Under the pieces are notes generated by a model. It was not told the origin of the DNA and searched no databases. It saw nothing but the letters and a program-made list of their open reading frames with translations. This document shows, piece after piece, positions 1 to 6,061 of a DNA stretch of 15,785 nt (its first letter is position 1; each line of letters begins with the position of its first letter). The position numbers and the translations under genes are program-made. The stretch lies in IMG/VR virus record IMGVR_UViG_3300030706_000110; one strand, given 5' to 3'. The DNA is from a virus.

Positions 1-44
1 TTGGACACCACGGGCTCGACGGGCTTCTTGTTCTTCTTCGACAT
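1..44 (-). CDS. Partial CDS, 5' end only (MSKKNKKPVEPVVS...), continuing beyond the left edge of the window
   Basis: ATG at 44..42 on the minus strand, 2 nt after the stop of the upstream minus-strand gene (47..298). The frame stays open to position 1. Only 14 codons are visible. Confidence 0.4.
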   Translation of the reverse strand, partial: MSKKNKKPVEPVVS

Positions 45-46
45 GA

Positions 47-298
47 TCAATCCCCGTCCCACTTCTGGGACTTCCCAGGGTCGTAGTACTCGGCCACCGT
101 CTCGAGCAGGGAAGTCTCGATGATGTCTCTCGGCGCGCCGTGCTTGTGCGCGAGCTTGATACCGCTCTTCGTCATGAAGCCTGCGATGAGGCCGGCGCGC
201 GTGATCTCGTCCATTCCCGGCGTGAGCTTCTTGGCGTTCTCGACGACGCGCGCGAAGTTCACGTCTAGGTACTCGTGCAGGTCGAATTCTCCCACCAT
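47..298 (-). CDS. Hypothetical protein, 83 aa
   Basis: Track ORF, co-oriented with the array. It follows 10 nt after the stop of the previous gene. The protein has mixed composition and high GC3. Confidence 0.6.
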   Translation of the reverse strand: MVGEFDLHEYLDVNFARVVENAKKLTPGMDEITRAGLIAGFMTKSGIKLAHKHGAPRDIIETSLLETVAEYYDPGKSQKWDGD

Positions 299-308
299 GT
301 CGTCCTCC

Positions 309-710
309 TCACTTCTTCTTGCACTTGCAGATGAGGTACCCGTCCTTCAGCTCGCCCACCTGCTCGGCGTGACTGCACGACACGGGACCGCGTGCGCCGT
401 CGACGCTGATCACTTCTTCGCGGCAAGGCTTCTGCGCCTCGCCCGCCGACATGGACGCCCCGTGCGCGTACCAGCCTACGATTGCCCCCACGATCCACGC
501 AGCCGCGAGGCAGAACACCGTCCGGAATATCGCCGTGCGCATCACGGGACCGAACCCTTGGCGGAGCAGACCGCCGAGCTTGGAGAATCCGATTTTCTCG
601 AGAGCCAGTCTGAGCAGCGCTTCACGGAGGAAATCATACATCGCGCCTCTCTCTTGTGGCAGGGGCACGAGCAGGTCGGCCCGCAGAAACCGATCTCGCA
701 CTTCGGGCAC
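309..710 (-). CDS. Small membrane-anchored protein with one predicted TM helix (AIFRTVFCLAAAWIVGAIVGWYA) and a Cys/Lys-rich C-terminus. GTG start at 710; alternative ATG at 641 gives 110 aa beginning MYDF.
   Basis: Track ORF. The hydrophobic stretch and the GAGAGAGGCGCG sequence before ATG 641 were read from the sequence. A GAGGG lies 10 nt before GTG 710. The start is uncertain. Confidence 0.55.
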   Translation of the reverse strand: MPEVRDRFLRADLLVPLPQERGAMYDFLREALLRLALEKIGFSKLGGLLRQGFGPVMRTAIFRTVFCLAAAWIVGAIVGWYAHGASMSAGEAQKPCREEVISVDGARGPVSCSHAEQVGELKDGYLICKCKKK

Positions 711-723
711 AGCATGTGCGCCC

Positions 724-897
724 TCATGACGCCATCTCCGGGGGAAGCGCCTCTCTCCGGTCGAGGAGCGCGCGGATCGACCGCGAGTCCGCGTGGAGCG
801 CGTCGTCGCTGCACGTACAGTCGGGGTGGTGCTCGTTCTCGCGGAAGAACCGGAGCAGATCCTCGAAGAGTTCGGCGTCGAGCTGCGATTTCGTCAT
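724..897 (-). CDS. Unlisted small ORF, 57 aa (MTKSQLDAELFEDLLRFFRENEHHPDCTCSDDALHADSRSIRALLDRREALPPEMAS)
   Basis: Not in the track because it is under 60 aa. Its ATG forms an ATGA overlap with the stop of the SET gene (894..896). An AGAGGG RBS sits 5 nt upstream. Third codon positions are GC-rich. The stop is TGA at 726..724. Confidence 0.55.
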   Translation of the reverse strand: MTKSQLDAELFEDLLRFFRENEHHPDCTCSDDALHADSRSIRALLDRREALPPEMAS

Positions 898-1913
898 ACT
901 GCCCTCTTATAAACGTAGTCCGGCAACATGTTCCTGGATCTGTAATTAGCGACGAGTTGGGAATCAAGATACTGGCACCCGCTGATGACTTTCCTGCACG
1001 AGGCTGACCCGCACGTGCAGTCCATCCGCCACGTCTCGTGGTCGTCGGTGGAGGTCGTCGAGTAGTCGAAGCATAGCTCGGTGCCCGAGGAGACAGCGCT
1101 GAGCGTGAAGAGCGTCGCTCTGTTATTGTCCTCGATCCTCACCGCGCAGTTGGGCTCGCAGCTATGGTTCAAGTAGTCGTCCACGTCGCCCGAGGCGCCA
1201 ACGAACGCATTCAGCCCGATTTGTAGAACGTCGTCGCCCGCATCCAAGGCTTGCTGACCGGAAAGCAAGGGTCCCTTGATCTCGAGCACGTCCCTGCCGG
1301 CGGGGATGTCCTCCACAGCAAAAACCCCGCGCCCGTGCCTGCACTCTCGGACTTTGAGCTTCACGATTGATGATTCTACGTACCACTCGACGACGAACTC
1401 CGGCGCGCCCGGACCGCGCCAGAGCCGGAGCGCGAGCGCGACGTCGAAGTCCGACGGCCAGCGATCGTGACGCCACACCGTCCCGGCGAAGATCGGACAG
1501 GGCGTGTGGTCATTCATGTAGATCTGGACGACATGCATCCCGAGGTCGACCTCGTCGCACTTGAAGACCTTGCAGCGCACGATCTTGTTGACCATCGGCC
1601 CGGAGAGTCCCCAGGCCTCCGGGCGACAGATCTCGTCCTGAGCTTTCCCGAGGTCTTCCTCGTCCTCGCCCAACGCGAAGCTATAATGAAGCTCGCCGTC
1701 CGGCTCAAGCTCGCCGAGGGCGCGGGTCCGCGCGAGCTGGTCCTCGGAGATCGGGAACCACTTGTCGCCCGAACCCTTCACGTCGTCCGCGCTCTTCCGG
1801 ATGTAGACACCACAACTTGCGCACCGAAGGTCGGGGTTCTTGAGAATTCCGATGCTACAGATTGCTTCCCGAAGCTTGCGGGCACAGCCGTCGCAGATGA
1901 GCCGCCACGTCAT
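894..1913 (-). CDS. SET-domain protein (lysine methyltransferase-like) with an N-terminal CxxC...CxxC zinc ribbon and a ~190-aa unknown N-terminal region
   Basis: SET signature motifs were read directly: RGVFAVEDIPAGRDVLEIKG, NHSCEPNCAV, GTELCFDYS and a post-SET CTCGSASC. The N-terminus has CDGC...CASC. The start is an ATGA overlap with the upstream gene. Confidence 0.88.
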   Translation of the reverse strand: MTWRLICDGCARKLREAICSIGILKNPDLRCASCGVYIRKSADDVKGSGDKWFPISEDQLARTRALGELEPDGELHYSFALGEDEEDLGKAQDEICRPEAWGLSGPMVNKIVRCKVFKCDEVDLGMHVVQIYMNDHTPCPIFAGTVWRHDRWPSDFDVALALRLWRGPGAPEFVVEWYVESSIVKLKVRECRHGRGVFAVEDIPAGRDVLEIKGPLLSGQQALDAGDDVLQIGLNAFVGASGDVDDYLNHSCEPNCAVRIEDNNRATLFTLSAVSSGTELCFDYSTTSTDDHETWRMDCTCGSASCRKVISGCQYLDSQLVANYRSRNMLPDYVYKRAV

Positions 1914-2098
1914 CGCGCCGTCTCCAATCGTTGCACGGCTCGCGGGAAAGGTAACGCGAGCTGGGGATCCGCCTGAGAGAGCAGCCGCTCGAATTCTCTC
2001 CGCTTCGCGGCGATCTCCTCTTCGATCTGAAAGATCCTCCGCGCGATCCGGAGCATGCGCTCCGTGCGCGTGCGCTGCGGGTAGCGTTTGGTGCTCAC
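1910..2098 (-). CDS. Small basic/helical protein, about 62 aa (track ORF extends to a TTG at 2104)
   Basis: The track ORF is 1910..2104. The in-frame GTG at 2098 makes a GTGA overlap with the stop of the upstream gene (2095..2097). Its own stop overlaps the SET start as ATGA. Confidence 0.55.
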   Translation of the reverse strand: MSTKRYPQRTRTERMLRIARRIFQIEEEIAAKRREFERLLSQADPQLALPFPRAVQRLETAR

Positions 2099-2397
2099 GG
2101 CCAATCGTCCCGCTCGTCGGGCACGAGGAAGTCCCCTTCGCTGATTTCCGGGATCGCGGCCGTCCAGCTCCGAGACGCCAGCAGGATCAACCGGCCCTCG
2201 CCGTCCGAGAACCCCGTAACGAGAGCGCGGCCGACCCGCGGCAGGCGCCTGAGGTCCGGCGTCGCGCGCACGACGCGGGGCAAGATGCCGAGAAGCGTGT
2301 GATCGCCGCGCCCGCTCATCTGCAGCGAGCTATTGTTGATGGAGTGCACCTTGCCGAAATCTTGCCGCGTCGTCACTTCTCCACTCCCTCGAGCCAC
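2095..2397 (-). CDS. Hypothetical protein, 100 aa (GTG start)
   Basis: Track ORF. GAGAG lies 6 nt upstream of the GTG. It overlaps the upstream gene by 25 nt. Confidence 0.55.
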   Translation of the reverse strand: MARGSGEVTTRQDFGKVHSINNSSLQMSGRGDHTLLGILPRVVRATPDLRRLPRVGRALVTGFSDGEGRLILLASRSWTAAIPEISEGDFLVPDERDDWP

Positions 2398-2660
2398 TCG
2401 CTCTCTTGTTTCGCGACGAAGTCTTTACCGCAGCGCGTCTCGGCGATCACGTAATCAGCCTTGGGATTCCCTGGGACGGGCTCGACGCTCACCGGATTAC
2501 CCTGGTTCCAGTCCTCGAACGTCTTCGACCTGTAGTACATGTCCGGGTCAAGATCGTCGCCACGCTCCTCGAGCACGACGTGGATCTCTTCCACGCTCTC
2601 GGCCTCCACCGTGAGCGTGACGGATTTGTGCAGCCGCATCTCGACCTTGAACGTCGGCAT
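2373..2660 (-). CDS. Hypothetical acidic protein, 95 aa
   Basis: Track ORF. TGATG 1-nt overlap with the upstream gene. The composition looks globular. Confidence 0.7.
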   Translation of the reverse strand: MPTFKVEMRLHKSVTLTVEAESVEEIHVVLEERGDDLDPDMYYRSKTFEDWNQGNPVSVEPVPGNPKADYVIAETRCGKDFVAKQESEWLEGVEK

Positions 2661-2848
2661 CAGCGCTCGCCCCTCTCGCGCAACTCTTCTCGCGTGTAAA
2701 AGACGCCCGGAGCAATCTCCACTTCCTGCTTGGCCCGCTCGGCTTCACGACGCTTCACCAGCTCGCTCGCCATGAGCCGCACGTCCTTCATGCTCGCCAG
2801 GCCCGGCGCCTCGCTGATCTTCTTGAGCCACGACAAAGACACACCCAT
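2660..2848 (-). CDS. Hypothetical small protein, 62 aa
   Basis: Track ORF. A perfect AGGAGG lies 7 nt upstream of the ATG, immediately after the upstream TGA. Confidence 0.75.
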   Translation of the reverse strand: MGVSLSWLKKISEAPGLASMKDVRLMASELVKRREAERAKQEVEIAPGVFYTREELRERGER

Positions 2849-2860
2849 CCCACGCCTCCT

Positions 2861-3046
2861 TCAGTCGTCGTCCCACCCAGCACTGGACGAGATCAGCGAC
2901 TCGCGCTCGCTGCCTAGCCACTCGATGTGGTTCCGTATCCGTTTCGCCTCGCTCGCGCTGAGGGTCACGCCCTCGTTTTTCTCCACGGCCTTCTTCAATT
3001 TCTTGAACGCCTTCATGTCCGCGTTGATGTCGTCCATGATGGTCAT
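2861..3046 (-). CDS. Hypothetical small helical protein, 61 aa
   Basis: Track ORF. ATGA overlap with the upstream gene. Confidence 0.65.
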   Translation of the reverse strand: MTIMDDINADMKAFKKLKKAVEKNEGVTLSASEAKRIRNHIEWLGSERESLISSSAGWDDD

Positions 3047-3276
3047 GAGATCGCTTTCGCTTCCTCGTTCGTCAACTCGACCCTCACGGTCAGTGTCAGC
3101 ACGTTGTTTTTGCGATCAAGCTCGTAAGGACCTGGAGAATCGTACGCCACTCGTCCAATCAGGTTCCACGCTTCCATCATGGCGAGCGCATTCGCTGCGT
3201 TCTCCTTCATGCGCCGGCGAACTCTTGCGCGCAACGCGTCAGCTCCGTCCTCGAATAATCCTGGTCGTGCTTTCAT
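3043..3276 (-). CDS. Hypothetical protein, about 77 aa, beginning MKARPGLFED
   Basis: The track ORF is 3043..3378. The in-frame ATG at 3276 makes an ATGA overlap with the upstream stop at 3273..3275. The longer form would overlap the upstream gene by about 100 nt. Confidence 0.6.
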   Translation of the reverse strand: MKARPGLFEDGADALRARVRRRMKENAANALAMMEAWNLIGRVAYDSPGPYELDRKNNVLTLTVRVELTNEEAKAIS

Positions 3277-3629
3277 GAAGTCACCCGTCTCCGCTTCGTG
3301 GCCCGCCGCGTCCGCTTGCGCATGAAGGGTTCGATCTCCGAGTCGCCGGGGTAAAAAGGCTTCCCAGCATTCTTGCACTTGCTCGCCGTGCCGTCAGCGT
3401 GCTTTTTCTTGTGCCAGAACTCGGTCGCACCCATCGGCTCGCAATCGTCCATCACTATGCCGCACCGGCGGCACACGGCCCTCTCGCCGCGGTCAGGGAG
3501 CGATATCGTCATGATGGCTGTAAGACCTTCAAGTGAACGATGCCGTCGTCGAGAGCCCAGGCGATGAGATGCTCGGGGGATCCGCCTCCCACGAAGCGGG
3601 CCATCCGCGGCAGATGCTTCCAGGGCCAC
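3273..3629 (-). CDS. Small zinc-ribbon protein (CRRC...C...C) with a basic C-terminal tail
   Basis: Track ORF. GTG at 3629 is 1 nt after the upstream stop. An alternative ATG at 3512 (MTISLPDRGE..., 80 aa) has a GAAGG 12 nt upstream. The Cys pattern was read from the sequence. Confidence 0.6.
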   Translation of the reverse strand: MALEASAADGPLRGRRIPRASHRLGSRRRHRSLEGLTAIMTISLPDRGERAVCRRCGIVMDDCEPMGATEFWHKKKHADGTASKCKNAGKPFYPGDSEIEPFMRKRTRRATKRRRVTS

Positions 3630-3630
3630 C

Positions 3631-4461
3631 TCATGAACCGCTCCACGAGCTGTACTTCACGATGTCAAAGTCATCTCCGATGACCGTTTCCTTCGCGATC
3701 TTTTTGCTGCCGTAACCGATCGCGGGAGACATGGGCTTGGGTTTGCGGACGTAGCGCCTCGCTTCGACTTCGATGACCCACTCGAGCGGGGGCGCGAGCC
3801 AACACTGCCGGTCGAAGAGGCCCGCGTGCCATGCCACGCGGCAATGCTCGCGCGCGCGAGCGAGACCGCCATCTGTCGGATCCATGCGCAGGACTTCCTT
3901 TGCGTACGTCACCTTCGCCCACGGTAGGTTCACGGCCTTCGACCAGTCGTTTCCCGAGATGCCGATAATCAGCGTCGAGATGATCCGCTTCCGGGACGAG
4001 GCGTGAATGTTCTCGGTGACGTGGTGAATGGGTTCACCCGGACGGACGGCGTACTCGGGGATGGAACGCGTGTCCGGTTTCGAGTGACCGGCGCGGCGGA
4101 GCAGCGTCTCGATGGACCCGATCTTCATCGCCTGCTCACTCAAGCGATGCGGCTTGCCGGTCTTCTTCGAGTTCACGTTGATGGTCCGGCCCGTGTACTC
4201 CCACGCGGACCAAGAGCGCTGACCCATGCAGAGCTGCCTCTGGAACCGGCCGCGCGCGTGCGAGTAGAGCCAGCGCCACGTGGCCCTGTCGTAGATCAGG
4301 ATGTACGACGAGAGCTGCATCTCGCGGATGCGCGACATACGCATCTCGAGCTGATCGATCTTGCGCAACGCCTTGAACAGCTCCGCGGACGAAAGCTGCC
4401 GACCGCCGCTCGGATGAGCCGCGTTGATTGCCCAGCTCGGTATGTCGAGAGCTGCGCTCAC
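3631..4461 (-). CDS. Hypothetical protein, 276 aa, no domain recognised by eye
   Basis: Track ORF. GTG start in a GTGA overlap with the upstream gene. Long, GC3-rich ORF. Confidence 0.8.
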   Translation of the reverse strand: MSAALDIPSWAINAAHPSGGRQLSSAELFKALRKIDQLEMRMSRIREMQLSSYILIYDRATWRWLYSHARGRFQRQLCMGQRSWSAWEYTGRTINVNSKKTGKPHRLSEQAMKIGSIETLLRRAGHSKPDTRSIPEYAVRPGEPIHHVTENIHASSRKRIISTLIIGISGNDWSKAVNLPWAKVTYAKEVLRMDPTDGGLARAREHCRVAWHAGLFDRQCWLAPPLEWVIEVEARRYVRKPKPMSPAIGYGSKKIAKETVIGDDFDIVKYSSWSGS

Positions 4462-4715
4462 TTAGGCCACCTCGCACGGATGGCGTCGGCGACCTTGACC
4501 GCCCCATTCGGCAGATGCTCTGCATGCTCGTGAAGCAGCGCGACAATTTCGTCCACGCGCTCGCTGGCACCGCGTTCGTACACCTTGCAAAGCTCGGCTG
4601 CGACTGCGACGTGCTGCCCGATGACGTGGTCACCGATGCCGCCGGGATCCTCGCACATGTCGATGAGCTTGCTCGTGAGCGCCCTCAGCTCGGGGTCATT
4701 GATCATGTCCCTCAT
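4458..4715 (-). CDS. Hypothetical helical protein, 85 aa
   Basis: Track ORF. ATGA overlaps at both ends. Confidence 0.7.
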   Translation of the reverse strand: MRDMINDPELRALTSKLIDMCEDPGGIGDHVIGQHVAVAAELCKVYERGASERVDEIVALLHEHAEHLPNGAVKVADAIRARWPK

Positions 4716-5272
4716 CTCTTCGCATCCCTCATGAGCGGAAGCGCGTGCGACACGATTTCGGTTCGCTCCTCAACGAGCCTACAACAGAGGATCTTGGGTC
4801 GATGATCCCACCGCTTGATCGGCGGAAGGGCCGCGAACTTCTCCGATCGCTCGATGAGGACGAGCAGCTCTTGGTCCGTGGGCTTGCGATCAAGGAAGAT
4901 CGCGACCGAGTTGTACGCGGCGTGCTTGGGTTTTGCACCGGGCTTGAGCTTCGTCACGTTGCCCCGACCATCGTTCGAGTAGCCGGGCGTCGGCGCGAGC
5001 GCCATCGGCGCGCGACAGATCGCGTCGTCGCCGTGATCGTCGACGCGCGTCGTGACGAGGTCCTCGAAGGGATCCTCTTCACCGGAATTGCCGTGGATGC
5101 GGAAATCCTCCTCGTACATCGCCTTGTACAAGCCGCCGCGATGGTCGCCGTGCTCATCGCACCGGCCGACGACGAAGCTCGAAAGCTCGCGCTCGAAGTT
5201 CCCCGCGTACGAGTCCGTGTCGACGACGAACGACCATCGCGGCCCAGGACTGTCCCATGACCAGAGCGCCAT
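4712..5272 (-). CDS. Hypothetical protein, 186 aa
   Basis: Track ORF, co-oriented and tightly spaced. Confidence 0.75.
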   Translation of the reverse strand: MALWSWDSPGPRWSFVVDTDSYAGNFERELSSFVVGRCDEHGDHRGGLYKAMYEEDFRIHGNSGEEDPFEDLVTTRVDDHGDDAICRAPMALAPTPGYSNDGRGNVTKLKPGAKPKHAAYNSVAIFLDRKPTDQELLVLIERSEKFAALPPIKRWDHRPKILCCRLVEERTEIVSHALPLMRDAKR

Positions 5273-5275
5273 ACT

Positions 5276-5650
5276 TCAACCCTCTTTCTTAAGCTGGAAT
5301 GCGGGAATGTAGCAATCAGCGATCGAAAACCACTGGAGACCGCCGTTTCGTCCTCCGCCAGCATCGACGAGGAAACGCTTGCCGACGCGATCGACGAAAT
5401 CGATCGTTCCTTCCGTCCCCGTTCCGTTGTCGCCCGTGACGCGGGTGACGCGGACGTACTCGCCCACTTCAATCGGCCGCGCCATCCACTCGCTCGGCCT
5501 GTTCTTCCGTGGACGGCTCTTCCTGATGTTCAGCTTCCCGAGGATGCAGTCACCGAGCCGATGATCGTGGAGGGTCACGCCGTTGTACTGGTCAGCGAGA
5601 TCGGCCGCCACCTCGGGCCCCGCCCGGAAAGCTTTGCCTTTAGCATCCAT
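5276..5650 (-). CDS. Hypothetical protein, 124 aa, with a Gly-rich probable beta-rich C-terminal half
   Basis: Track ORF. Its start is 3 nt after the upstream stop. Confidence 0.7.
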   Translation of the reverse strand: MDAKGKAFRAGPEVAADLADQYNGVTLHDHRLGDCILGKLNIRKSRPRKNRPSEWMARPIEVGEYVRVTRVTGDNGTGTEGTIDFVDRVGKRFLVDAGGGRNGGLQWFSIADCYIPAFQLKKEG

Positions 5651-5863
5651 TCAGCCCTCCACCTTGCCGACGAAGAAATCCCCGACGTCCGGCAGATAGG
5701 CTATGCGCATGAGCAGGGCCGCGCTGTCGAAGTCCACGTCCACGAATTCGCCGGCCTGGGTGACCGCGACGAACCCACCGGCGTACGTCCGCGCGCGCCC
5801 AGGATCGCTCCGCATCCACGCTCGGATGGGATCGCCACTCTTCGTCTCGTCGAGAGGTTTCAT
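5651..5863 (-). CDS. Hypothetical protein, 70 aa
   Basis: Track ORF. Its stop abuts the next start (TGAATG). Confidence 0.65.
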   Translation of the reverse strand: MKPLDETKSGDPIRAWMRSDPGRARTYAGGFVAVTQAGEFVDVDFDSAALLMRIAYLPDVGDFFVGKVEG

Positions 5864-6060
5864 GCTTCCTCGTCAGCGTGCTCGTGTTCATTCACAAGCT
5901 GGGCCATTGCCATCCCCTCACGCTTCGCACGCTCAGCTTCGTGACGCTTGCGCGTCTGCCGATCCATGAGCGTGACCGCCACCCACATCGCCGCGACGAC
6001 CACGACGGTGAAAATGACGATCACGCCCCAGACCACATCGGAGACGGTGACGATGAACAT
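5860..6060 (-). CDS. Small single-pass membrane protein, 66 aa (N-terminal TM helix VVWGVIVIFTVVVVAAMWVAVTLM, charged C-terminal tail)
   Basis: Track ORF. The hydrophobic segment was read directly. The start lies 1 nt after the MVP stop. ATGA overlap with the next gene. Confidence 0.7.
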   Translation of the reverse strand: MFIVTVSDVVWGVIVIFTVVVVAAMWVAVTLMDRQTRKRHEAERAKREGMAMAQLVNEHEHADEEA

Positions 6061-6061
6061 G

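Noticed and set aside
309-710. Long N-terminal extensions of several ORFs (for example 3043..3378, 8713..9003, 9151..9927, 10937..11533, 13096..13602, 13541..13963)
   Set aside because: The extensions are Arg/Gly-rich low-complexity sequence overlapping the upstream gene. In each case an internal start recreates the ATGA or short-spacer coupling pattern, or has a GGAGG-type RBS.
5860-6060. Holin interpretation of the small TM protein
   Set aside because: No endolysin, spanin or other lysis gene is recognisable nearby. It sits mid-operon right after MVP, so a lysis role is unsupported.
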